The position numbers were made by a program, and so were the translations under genes. From positions 129 through 64,128 of the forward strand of contig JBDRKX010000064.1 of NCBI GenBank assembly GCA_043813605.1: 64,000 nt of DNA. The letters are read 5' to 3'. Numbering within the stretch: position 1 is the first letter of the stretch; each line of letters starts with the position of its first letter. Positions 35,747 to 44,101 of the stretch are shown here, piece after piece. This DNA comes from Elusimicrobiota bacterium. Lineage in GTDB: Bacteria > CG03 > SLGR01 > JBDRKX01. The notes beneath the pieces are model-generated. The model saw only the letters and a list, made by a program, of their open reading frames with translations. It was not told where the DNA came from and did no database searches.

Positions 35747-36697
35747 TCAGTCAAGGTCTGTAGCGGAAAGGCTTTCATAGAAATCACGGTAATTCTCTTT
35801 TTTATCCGTGCTCCTCAGAGCCATCGCTTCTTTCGGATGCACGTTGAACATGCCGGATATGGCATAAGGTATTATGTAGCCCCACTCGATTTCCTTCCTC
35901 ATATCTATCATCTCACTCGAGATAACATCAAGTATGGGGCGTATGTCGAATTTAGGGTTTTTCAGAAAACCTATCAAGAGCTCCAAAGGACAATTTCCCG
36001 CTGCTCTGCCTATACCGAAGACAGTGCCGTCAACATAATTTGCGTCATGTATGATCGCTTCGATGGTGTTTGAAAATGCCAGCTGCTGGTGATTGTGAGC
36101 GTGCATACCGACCTCTTTAGTTTTGAGTATATCCTTGAATTTTTTTGTCAGGTACTCGGCTGTCTCCTGGTAGAGTGCTCCGAAACTGTCAACAATATAG
36201 ATGACCTGGGCTCTGGATTCTTCTTCAAGCTGATACAGCGCTTCGTTGAGTTCATTGTCAAGTGCTCTTGAAATAGCCATTATGTTCACTGTCGTTTCAT
36301 ATCCTTTTTCTGAAAATGCATTAACAAGATGTATCGCCTTATCTATATCTTTGACATAGGAAGCCACGCGGACCATATCGACAGGGCTTTCAGAAGCGTC
36401 TTTTACTTCATCAAGATCGACTCTGCCCACATCAACCATGACCGATATCTTGGAATCTGTTTCTATATTGTCGGTAACTTCTTTCAAGAGCTCATCATCA
36501 CAGAACTTCCAGGGCCCGTATTCGTCACATGAGAATAGCTTTTTGGAATTCTTGTAACCGAGTTCTATGTAGTCTACTCCCGAATCCGATACTGCCCTGT
36601 ATATCTCTTTCACAAATTTCTTATCAAATTTATGATTATTGATAAGACCGCCGTCTCTTATTGTACAATCAAGCACTTTAATAGCTTCTCTAAACAT
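35747..36697 (-). CDS. DRE-TIM metallolyase / HMGL-like aldolase family protein (4-hydroxy-2-oxovalerate aldolase-like)
   Basis: VLDCTIRDGG (the DRE-TIM signature), GVDYIELG and GMHAHNHQQLA (metal-binding His). It is 316 aa. The exact substrate is unknown. Confidence 0.55.
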   Translation of the reverse strand: MFREAIKVLDCTIRDGGLINNHKFDKKFVKEIYRAVSDSGVDYIELGYKNSKKLFSCDEYGPWKFCDDELLKEVTDNIETDSKISVMVDVGRVDLDEVKDASESPVDMVRVASYVKDIDKAIHLVNAFSEKGYETTVNIMAISRALDNELNEALYQLEEESRAQVIYIVDSFGALYQETAEYLTKKFKDILKTKEVGMHAHNHQQLAFSNTIEAIIHDANYVDGTVFGIGRAAGNCPLELLIGFLKNPKFDIRPILDVISSEMIDMRKEIEWGYIIPYAISGMFNVHPKEAMALRSTDKKENYRDFYESLSATDLD

Positions 36698-36800
36698 ATC
36701 TGGCCTCCCTTTCGCCTAATACTTTCATTAATTCAATAAATTATATAGTTTATGTCTAAAAAGTCAATCAAAAAAACTATTGATGTACTCTTGTTCTGAC

Positions 36801-37664
36801 TCAGGCAAACAACATGATCAGAACCATTCCGCACAGCATAAGAAAGATGCCGGCTGTTCTGGTATAAGTCAATCTTTCTCTAAAGAATACTATTCCAAAA
36901 ATAACAGAGAACAGCATACCGCCTCTTTTTATAGCTATAACATAACTTACATGTGCGTAATCAAGGGCAGTCATCTGGGAAATAAAAAGAAGTGCTCCGG
37001 TTAATCCCAGAAGCAGCATTAGAGTCAGATTATCCTTTATTTCACCGATAAAACCAGGCCTCATCTTTATTAAAAAAGGCATATAACAAAGTGTAAAACC
37101 GGTGTTGAAACTGAATGTATAAAAAGAGGGGCTGGATGAAATAACGGCTACTTTATCAAAAGCAGCAGCAAAACTCCAAATGAATGCGACAATAAGCATC
37201 AATAAAGCGCCTTTATCATCAATGAGACGTCTGAATGGTTCCATGACACCGCTGCCCGACCCTGCTGCAAATATCACATACGTACCCAGTGCGACCAGAA
37301 GTATCCCGGCAATTCCGTATCTACTGGGAAATTCGCCCAAAAATATATATCCGGTAAGAACAAGGAAAACCGGTGTGAACGAGACAAAAGGATATGTAAT
37401 ATTGAGCGGCGACAAATGTATGGCTTTGACAAACAGGGTTACAGCAACCATGTTAAGGATAAGAGAACCGCACAAAGCCCATATAAAGGAAGGTTCTATC
37501 CGGGGTACATCAGATTTTATGAAATAAAATATGATCCAGGGAAGAGCAAAGGAGAACATCACCCATGTAACCGTGTAATGACTGGCTTTCTGCGTGATCC
37601 TTTTACTCAGTGCACCGGAAGCTGCAAAGAAAAAGGCGGTCAATACTGATAGCGGTACCCACAC
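36801..37664 (-). CDS. EamA/DMT-superfamily transporter (10 TM)
   Basis: It has two EamA repeats, each with about 5 TM helices. It is 287 aa. Confidence 0.65.
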   Translation of the reverse strand: MWVPLSVLTAFFFAASGALSKRITQKASHYTVTWVMFSFALPWIIFYFIKSDVPRIEPSFIWALCGSLILNMVAVTLFVKAIHLSPLNITYPFVSFTPVFLVLTGYIFLGEFPSRYGIAGILLVALGTYVIFAAGSGSGVMEPFRRLIDDKGALLMLIVAFIWSFAAAFDKVAVISSSPSFYTFSFNTGFTLCYMPFLIKMRPGFIGEIKDNLTLMLLLGLTGALLFISQMTALDYAHVSYVIAIKRGGMLFSVIFGIVFFRERLTYTRTAGIFLMLCGMVLIMLFA

Positions 37665-37667
37665 TGG

Positions 37668-38519
37668 CTAAATATCCTGGCAGAAACAGTTTTCAAGTCC
37701 CAGTGAAACCGCGTATTCCACTGCCTCGGCATACTCCTCTTCATTAAGCCTTCTTCCGAAGATATCCATACCGACAGTTTTATAGGCAGGATGGTACTGC
37801 GACATGAGACTTAAATGTGTCGATATCCCTAATTTTTCAGCAATAAAATCGAGGACTCCTATTGTGTTCGACAGGTTCCCCGGCAGAACAAGATGCCTGA
37901 TAAGCAGTCCCCGGGTTGCTATCCCGTTAATATCAATAATAAGATCACCTGTCTGCCTCTGCATCTCGAGTATAGCATTCCTGTTGATCTCACTGTAGTC
38001 GGCTGCGCCGCTGAGTTTAAGGGCAAGAGAACTTTCAGAATATTTTGCATCAGGCATATATATATCAACCAGCCCTTCCAGTGTTTTAAGTGTTTCAACT
38101 TTTTCGTAACCGCTTGTATTGTATACTACAGGAATCCTCAATTGATCTCCTTTTATTTTTTTTAATGCCTTCTTTATAGACACAGAATAATGGGTGGGCG
38201 TCACAAGGTTTATGTTATGCGCTCCTTTTTCCTGAAGTTCAAGAATGATCTTTATAAATTCATCTTCACTGAACACCCGGCTGTGCCCCATATGAGATAT
38301 AGGATAGTTCTGACAGAATATGCATTTCAATGAACAATGTGCAAAGAATATCGTACCGGAACCTCCGGTACCGGACAAGGGGGGCTCTTCTCCTAAATGC
38401 AGGTTCCATGACGATATCTCCATTATTTCACCTGCTGTACAGACACCGAGAGATGAACTCCTGTCAACACCGCATTCCCTCGGGCATATAGTACATCCAT
38501 TGTTTCTATAATTCATCAT
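37668..38519 (-). CDS. Radical SAM protein, PflX/YjjW-like putative activating enzyme
   Basis: N-terminal CTICPRECGVDR...GVC is a PflX-type N-terminal motif. The radical SAM CxxxCxxC is AHCSLKCIFCQN. It overlaps the next gene by 14 nt. Confidence 0.6.
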   Translation of the reverse strand: MMNYRNNGCTICPRECGVDRSSSLGVCTAGEIMEISSWNLHLGEEPPLSGTGGSGTIFFAHCSLKCIFCQNYPISHMGHSRVFSEDEFIKIILELQEKGAHNINLVTPTHYSVSIKKALKKIKGDQLRIPVVYNTSGYEKVETLKTLEGLVDIYMPDAKYSESSLALKLSGAADYSEINRNAILEMQRQTGDLIIDINGIATRGLLIRHLVLPGNLSNTIGVLDFIAEKLGISTHLSLMSQYHPAYKTVGMDIFGRRLNEEEYAEAVEYAVSLGLENCFCQDI

Positions 38520-39780
38520 TGATTCTTACCGTGTACTCTTTCAGATCAAATATCTCATCCCACTTATCCAGATCATAAGATGGAAATATGGAATTGTTAT
38601 GCAGAAGCGGTTCAGATATAACACTCCCCGGGAATCCTTCAGCATCAGCGGTTTGCGGTACTACTGCATATTCGGCCAGCCTGACCTTCAGTCCCAGCTT
38701 ATGAAGGTATCTGACAGAATCTTTTATCTTTGAAATATCCTGTCCCGGCCTGCCGAGTATCAGATACGCGTGGACTTCACCAGTACGATATCCTGATGAA
38801 AAAAGGTTTTCGGCGGAGATCTCTATATCATGTTTTCTGAGTTTTGCACCCGGGACACCCTCCATTATTTCATCTATAATATCGACGGAAATACAGGGTT
38901 CGGTAAACCCTGCTTTTTTTAATAACCGGGCTGTTGCGCTGTCTATTTTTTTAACTTCCATTCCATTGGGCGTATGGAAGCGCAGGTTCTGCGGTGCTGT
39001 TTCGAGAAATTCATACAGGCTGTTATTACTCAAAAGGGCATCATCGTAAAAGACAAAATCATCAGTCTGATATTTGAGCAGTTCGCCGACCTCTTCTGAG
39101 AGTCTGTCTTTATCCTTTTTCCTGTATTCCGGACAGATACTGTCTATACTGCAGTAAGTACATCTGTTCGGACAACCGATAGATGTCCTCATAACAACGT
39201 AAGGGACTTTTCTGTAATGTGAATAATCCGGCGCCGGCCATTCTTCAAAAGGCACTGTTTCCTCTCCGATAAGATCAAATAACCCACTGAAACCGGATCC
39301 GGTTATTATCTTATCGGCATCGACATTTATAGCGGCATGTTCAGGACATAGTGTAGCATATGCGCCGCCTATGATAAGCGGTACTCCCGGGAAAGTTTCT
39401 CGGAGAATATTTGCAGTTTCCGCCGCACCTATGTACCAGTATGTCATTGTGCATGTAAGCAGGATCATATCCGGTCTCTGCTTTAGTTTAAGTATATTAT
39501 TAAGCATGCTTCCGTATATGCCGTAAATGCTGTATTTACGCGGGTATTGCTTTAATATGTCAGGCTTAACAGTTTTTGCTAAGATGAATTTTCCTTTTCC
39601 ATACCTGTCATCATGTGTATCGGGAAGAACTTCGCTATGTCTGTCCATACAATCGACAAGTTCTACTTCGTGACCCGCCTTTTTTAGAATAGCGGACAAA
39701 TAGAGAAGCCCCAGGGGTTTGAGCCAGTAATCATAACAGGCAAAATCAAGCACAAACGGATTGACTAATAGAAATCTCAA
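38506..39780 (-). CDS. B12-binding-domain radical SAM protein (class B radical SAM family)
   Basis: The N-terminal cobalamin-binding Rossmann region is MRFLLVNPFV...LGLLYLSAILKKAGHEVELVDC. The radical SAM core is SIGCPNRCTYCSI. It is 424 aa. Confidence 0.65.
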   Translation of the reverse strand: MRFLLVNPFVLDFACYDYWLKPLGLLYLSAILKKAGHEVELVDCMDRHSEVLPDTHDDRYGKGKFILAKTVKPDILKQYPRKYSIYGIYGSMLNNILKLKQRPDMILLTCTMTYWYIGAAETANILRETFPGVPLIIGGAYATLCPEHAAINVDADKIITGSGFSGLFDLIGEETVPFEEWPAPDYSHYRKVPYVVMRTSIGCPNRCTYCSIDSICPEYRKKDKDRLSEEVGELLKYQTDDFVFYDDALLSNNSLYEFLETAPQNLRFHTPNGMEVKKIDSATARLLKKAGFTEPCISVDIIDEIMEGVPGAKLRKHDIEISAENLFSSGYRTGEVHAYLILGRPGQDISKIKDSVRYLHKLGLKVRLAEYAVVPQTADAEGFPGSVISEPLLHNNSIFPSYDLDKWDEIFDLKEYTVRINDEL

Positions 39781-39812
39781 ATTATGAAAACCAGCAAACA
39801 GGAAAGTGCAGT

Positions 39813-40550
39813 TTAACGGTTGATACCGCTGCCATTATTGCGAACGAAACTTACGGATGCCACCTTCTCGATCACGGCTTCGTCGTTTTTCTTTCTGATA
39901 AGACTTAACATGCGTGTCGTGCCGTCATGACTGCCGGCAGGTACGATCATCCTGCCGTTTTCAGTGAGCTGCTCAAACAGCACTTCGGCAAGTTCCGGAG
40001 ACAGTTCGTTTATTATTATAGCGTCAAAAGGAGCGTTTTCTGTCCACCCGTCAAAGAGATTGCAGAATTTTGCCTTGATATTGTAGTATCCAAGGTTCTT
40101 GAAACGGATCACGGCAGCGGCTCCAATGGTTTCCCTGTCATCTATCGTATAGACCGCACTGCAGAGTTCAGCCATTACCGCCGCCTGATACCCCGATCTT
40201 ACGCCCACAATCAGTATTTTGTCATAATCGCTCATTTCGAGCATCTCCGCCATCAAAGCCACTACATACGGTTTTATCATGGTCTGTTCATACCTGAGCA
40301 TTAACAGTTTATCCGTATAAGCCAGGTCTATTTCGGCTCCGGAAACGAAATTATGACGAGGAACTTTCTTCATTGCATCAAGTACTTTTTCGTCACTTAT
40401 GCCTTTCCCCTTAATATCTCTTTTGACCATTTCTACTCTCAGGTCATGAAAGTATTCTTCTCTTGTCCGGACTTTTTTTTCTTCGGGTATACCGCAGCCG
40501 GTGATAGAAGCATAGAATATTATTAATAACAGGACTTGTTTAATAGGCAT
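39813..40550 (-). CDS. pcm: Protein-L-isoaspartate O-methyltransferase
   Basis: VPRHNFV...D..L.....QTMIKPYVVALMAEML...ILIVGVRSGYQAAVMAEL...DGW.ENAPFDAIII is collinear with Pcm. There is an N-terminal lipoprotein-like signal (ITGCG). Confidence 0.7.
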   Translation of the reverse strand: MPIKQVLLLIIFYASITGCGIPEEKKVRTREEYFHDLRVEMVKRDIKGKGISDEKVLDAMKKVPRHNFVSGAEIDLAYTDKLLMLRYEQTMIKPYVVALMAEMLEMSDYDKILIVGVRSGYQAAVMAELCSAVYTIDDRETIGAAAVIRFKNLGYYNIKAKFCNLFDGWTENAPFDAIIINELSPELAEVLFEQLTENGRMIVPAGSHDGTTRMLSLIRKKNDEAVIEKVASVSFVRNNGSGINR

Positions 40551-40724
40551 AAATATCTATTTTCCGAATTTTATTATATATTATTACCGTTTTTTTTTCC
40601 GCAGTCAAATCAACATTATTCATGTCAGGGAGTTTTCTCAATGCCTTCAGTACCGGACCCGGTCATCTTTGTAAATACTTCACGCCTCTCTTTTTTTTTC
40701 AATGAGGTAAAGCTCCTGCCGTTT

Positions 40725-41408
40725 TCATTCCGGATAACCTAAAGGATAAAGAATAACCGGTGTTTCAGTACGAGGCAGTTTCAGGAGAGTGGAAATACCG
40801 CTGTCGTTAAAAGCTCCTACAGCTACAGTAGCATACCCGGATGCAGCCGCTGTCAGGTAGATATTCTGGCCTGAGTGGCCTGCATCGATATATATATATG
40901 CGCTACCCCTGTCGGGGTACCTTGAAGTTGTCCTTGAATTGACCGATGTGATAACTATACAGCAAGGAGCTGTCCGGAACATCTTTTGACCATATGCCTG
41001 CTCGGCAAGCTTTTTTCTCATATCACCGTCAACAGTCTTCCTGAGCACATGATGTTTATTATCATACCTGTAAATACCCGGAGAAAGGCCTTTAATATTG
41101 CCCGCTACCAGGTGGAATTCCAGCGGATAACAGGCCCCGGCTGAGGGGTAGCTTCTTGAAGCCCCGGTAACAGCATCTATCTTTGTACCACCGGCCGCCC
41201 ATATAAGTTGAGAAACATCTTTAAGTTCAAGGGGCTTATCCGCAAAATCTCTTACAGAATGCATTCTTTCTATCGATATACTTACGTTATTGTCTTTTCC
41301 AAGCGTGACATCAGGAAGTTCTACAGCGTTCCGGTCACCGGCGGATATTACTGTATGCAGAAAGATATATATAACGCAGGCTATTAATGATATATATGAG
41401 TATCTCAC
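40725..41408 (-). CDS. SagB/ThcOx-type nitroreductase-family dehydrogenase with an N-terminal signal/anchor sequence
   Basis: RDFADKPLELKDVSQLIWAAGG...RSYPSAGACYPLEFHLV...YIDAGHSGQNIYLTAAASG matches the SagB-type FMN dehydrogenase pattern. The first 22 residues are hydrophobic (MRYSYISLIACVIYIFLHTVISA). Confidence 0.55.
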   Translation of the reverse strand: MRYSYISLIACVIYIFLHTVISAGDRNAVELPDVTLGKDNNVSISIERMHSVRDFADKPLELKDVSQLIWAAGGTKIDAVTGASRSYPSAGACYPLEFHLVAGNIKGLSPGIYRYDNKHHVLRKTVDGDMRKKLAEQAYGQKMFRTAPCCIVITSVNSRTTSRYPDRGSAYIYIDAGHSGQNIYLTAAASGYATVAVGAFNDSGISTLLKLPRTETPVILYPLGYPE

Positions 41409-42288
41409 TGACTAAGATCTTCCGTAAGAGGTACACCGGCACGGTATTGCTCGACCAGTTGTGTATACATGTCCCCCTCATCATCCTTACCTCTTTTATA
41501 ACATCCTGCCGCGTATACCATGCATTTATGCTCCAGCTCCCTGAATGCAGTCAGGTGTTTTGAGTCATCCAGCGTGCCGGAATCGATCAGCTTTGAAATA
41601 GCTTTTATCCTGAACCTGTCCATTCCCCAGTATCTCCCGGAAAGCTGATCACAGTGCCCGCCTTCTTTCAATGTCAACACTTTATCTACCAGGTAAACAG
41701 GGTATCTTGAAGTGACTCTTAACCAGAAATCATAATCCTCACATACCGGCAGTGTTTCGTCAAAATCACCTATTTCATTGAAAATTTTCCTGTTTATGAC
41801 AGCTGTTGAAATACTTACACTGCAGAGTTTCAGGCATGTTTCAAAAATATGTCCGTTTTGTTTTTTATGTATCTCTTTATGGTTCAGATGCCGGCCGTGC
41901 CTGAACCATTTTTCCCGGGTATGGAAGATATTGTATTCCGGATGCGCGCGTACGGCTTTATCAACTGTTTCCAGTTTTTCAGGGACCCACCTGTCATCTG
42001 AATCAAGAAAAGCGATAAAAGTCCCTCTGCTTTCTTTCAATCCCCTGTTGCGGGATATACTGACTCCGCTGTGTTCCTGCCGAATATATCTGAGCCGGTC
42101 ATCATCTAATCCCTCTATCAGTCCGGCAGTTTCATCAGTTGAACCGTCATCGATAACTATAAGTTCAAAATCCCTTAATGACTGGCATAGGACGGAATTC
42201 ACAGCCGTGAGAATGAACCCTGCCCGGTTATAAGCAGGTATTATTACTGAATAAAGGATATCCAGTTTAATTTTCTCCGTAATGACAT
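41405..42288 (-). CDS. Family 2 glycosyltransferase (GT-A fold). The N-terminus is split off by a 1-nt deficit in an A4 run.
   Basis: The downstream part has ELIVIDDGSTDET...FLDSDDRW (DxD). In-frame upstream of the reported GTG start lies KLDILYSVIIPAYNRAGFILTAV, the GT2 beta1/Rossmann start, with no canonical start codon before a TGA. Adding one A to the run at 42271-42274 yields ATG-MSLRRKIKLDILYSVIIPAYN.... Confidence 0.65.
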
Positions 42289-42767
42289 CTCACGAGCGTA
42301 TTGACAAAAAGGCTCAGGAATATGAGGAGCGCGATCCTGCATAAGATCTGGCCCCACGCCACCGTTGCGGATACTCCTCTTACAGCATATATGCCGGCAA
42401 GCAGGACCGACATGAGCAGGGAGATCATCAATGTCCTTTTTCTCGTGGAATATACCGCAGTTGCTACAGGCGTGAGCAGGAACAGGTACCATATCGGTCC
42501 CCAGAATACTACAAGCAGGTAGACCAGTATTATGTTTACAGCTAAGTTTATTGCCATCCGGATGCTCCTGTATCCGGGAAATCTCTTAACCAGGACAGCG
42601 GTGGCAATGTTATTGAGTATGGCTATACCAAGGAGTATTATTGAACCATAGAGCGCTCTTCCTGACGGCCGGCTGAACAGGATCGCTGCCAGAACAAGTA
42701 TAACCGCAAACGGCGTAAGATAAGTGTTAACAACGGTTACGGCCTCGGTTGTTTTTTCTTTATCCAT
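42267..42767 (-). CDS. Small 4-5 TM membrane protein (GtrA-like size/topology), first gene after the repeat array
   Basis: It is 166 aa and hydrophobic, with no catalytic motif. It would overlap the corrected GT2 start by 22 nt. Confidence 0.4.
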   Translation of the reverse strand: MDKEKTTEAVTVVNTYLTPFAVILVLAAILFSRPSGRALYGSIILLGIAILNNIATAVLVKRFPGYRSIRMAINLAVNIILVYLLVVFWGPIWYLFLLTPVATAVYSTRKRTLMISLLMSVLLAGIYAVRGVSATVAWGQILCRIALLIFLSLFVNTLVRCHYGEN

Positions 42768-42776
42768 AAATATTTC

Positions 42777-42888
42777 TCCCGAATGTTCCTTCCAAAAGTT
42801 CCTCCCGAATGTTCCTTCTAAATTTTCCTCCTAAAATTTCTCCCGAATGTTCCTAGCAGATGTTCCGCAGATACAGGAGAATGTTCCA
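42777..42888. promoter_or_regulatory. Array of direct repeats: three exact copies of TCCCGAATGTTCCT, plus degenerate copies AGATGTTCCG and GAATGTTCCA, immediately upstream of the 42767 gene
   Basis: Exact 14-mers lie at 42777-42790, 42803-42816 and 42841-42854. Each is flanked by TTC/TCC, giving an about 19-nt unit. Degenerate copies lie at 42858-42867 and 42879-42888. The core GAATGTTC is nearly palindromic (GAAnnTTC). Confidence 0.5.
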
Positions 42889-42954
42889 GCACAGATTATT
42901 CTCTTAAAGGACATTTTACAAGATTTGATATCTTTTTCAATGCCGATTATATCT

Positions 42955-42995
42955 AAAAAAAGAGCCGGAGATCCTGTTCGGATCTATCCGGCTCT
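42955..42995 (-). terminator. Rho-independent terminator downstream of the Spy/CpxP-like gene
   Basis: On the minus strand, a 9-bp stem (AGAGCCGGA/TCCGGCTCT, 42961-42969 and 42987-42995) has a 17-nt loop that itself contains GATCC...GGATC. It is followed by TTTTTTT (the plus-strand A-run at 42955-42960). It lies 30 nt past the stop at 43025. Confidence 0.6.
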
Positions 42996-43024
42996 TCTTA
43001 TTGTGTGGAATAGAAGGAAATATC

Positions 43025-43501
43025 TTATTTGTCTTTCATGCGTTTTTTGAGCTTATCCCCGGTTTCCTTATTATATTTCCTGTGTCTTTTATCTTTCATT
43101 TCACTGAATTTTTCCCATTGCTCATCGGTAAGTATCTTTCTCAGATTCCTGATACCGTCAACCTGGAACTTCATCTTCTCTTTATGCAGATCACCTGTTT
43201 CATCAATAAGCCTGTCTATTTTCTTATCGTCCATCTTTGTTTTCTTCAGTTCGTGCTGAAGATCCAGCATTTTAAGTCTGAGTTCACTCTCTATTCTCAC
43301 ACCTTCTCTTCTGTCCTGATACCGCTGCTCTTCTATCACTTCCTTCTGTTCCTTTGTTAACTGGAGCTCTTCCTCTATCGCATTGACCGGCGGGAATCCC
43401 ACAGCGTGCTCCCCTTCATCGTGCGGCGGGCCGACACATATGCTTATTCCGCTTCCGATAAATACAAATACCAATAACATCATCATGATCCTGGATTTCA
43501 T
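43025..43501 (-). CDS. Spy/CpxP-family periplasmic chaperone-like protein (LTxxQ motifs)
   Basis: It has a signal peptide. LTKEQKEVIEEQ and LTDEQWEKFSEM are LTxxQ repeats. It is highly charged, helical, and 158 aa. Confidence 0.55.
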   Translation of the reverse strand: MKSRIMMMLLVFVFIGSGISICVGPPHDEGEHAVGFPPVNAIEEELQLTKEQKEVIEEQRYQDRREGVRIESELRLKMLDLQHELKKTKMDDKKIDRLIDETGDLHKEKMKFQVDGIRNLRKILTDEQWEKFSEMKDKRHRKYNKETGDKLKKRMKDK

Positions 43502-43576
43502 ATTCGCCTCCTTTTTTTGATCCTGCTATCCTTCCTGTTGCTATATACAAAGACCGGCATCATCTGACTGCTAGCT

Positions 43577-44101
43577 TCACCAGATCGTGCCGATATCAAT
43601 ATCGCTTTTCGCGGATGCTATATAACTGTCTATTACGTATTCGTTTGTTTGTTCTTCATCCGTATACATATCCCGTATAATACCGCTGCCATTGATATTC
43701 TCAAGCTGTTCGGTAAGATAAGTATTCTCTTCAATGCCTATATATTCCATCTGTTGTTCCATGTACGTGTATACTAATTCATCAGTATCATTACGGCCGT
43801 TGATAATAAATACCAGGAGCAATACCGCAGCGCTTGCCGCCGGCAGAGCCATGTACCTCAAAAACCTGCTGTATTTCCTTAAAGGAGATACTGAATTCAT
43901 GACCTTTTCAGGCATCATCCCCGGAACGGTAGAAGGTGCATCTTTGCTTATTATGGTTATGACTTCACGGATCTCATTGAGATAGTTCCGGCAATGAGCG
44001 CATTCTGTGACATGAGATTCCAATGCCGTTTTTTCCGGCCCATCGAGTTCCCCGTCAATATATCTGTTTATCTTTTCTCTGTTAAACTTATTGCATTTCA
44101 T
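43577..44101 (-). CDS. Anti-sigma factor, zinc-finger (ZAS, HxxxCxxC) with one TM helix
   Basis: HVTECAHC is an exact HxxxCxxC. It is followed by YLNEIREV, then a TM helix (YMALPAASAAVLLLVFII) and a periplasmic tail. It overlaps the ECF sigma gene by 14 nt. Confidence 0.65.
   Translation of the reverse strand: MKCNKFNREKINRYIDGELDGPEKTALESHVTECAHCRNYLNEIREVITIISKDAPSTVPGMMPEKVMNSVSPLRKYSRFLRYMALPAASAAVLLLVFIINGRNDTDELVYTYMEQQMEYIGIEENTYLTEQLENINGSGIIRDMYTDEEQTNEYVIDSYIASAKSDIDIGTIW

Noticed and set aside
40551-40724. 174-nt gap upstream of pcm containing T9/A9 runs, considered as a riboswitch or attenuator
   Set aside because: A sigma70-like TTGACT...TAATAT lies on the minus strand with a 17-19 nt spacer, and homopolymer runs explain it as a promoter region. 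No extended paired structure is evident by eye.
42244-42492. 82 aa ORF (MVPVPAHACSNCG...RRKLNWISFIQ) upstream of GT2
   Set aside because: Its last 14 codons are the frameshifted N-terminus of GT2 (see finding at 42203-42297). The remainder is an alternative frame of the 166 aa membrane protein gene. It is not an independent gene.
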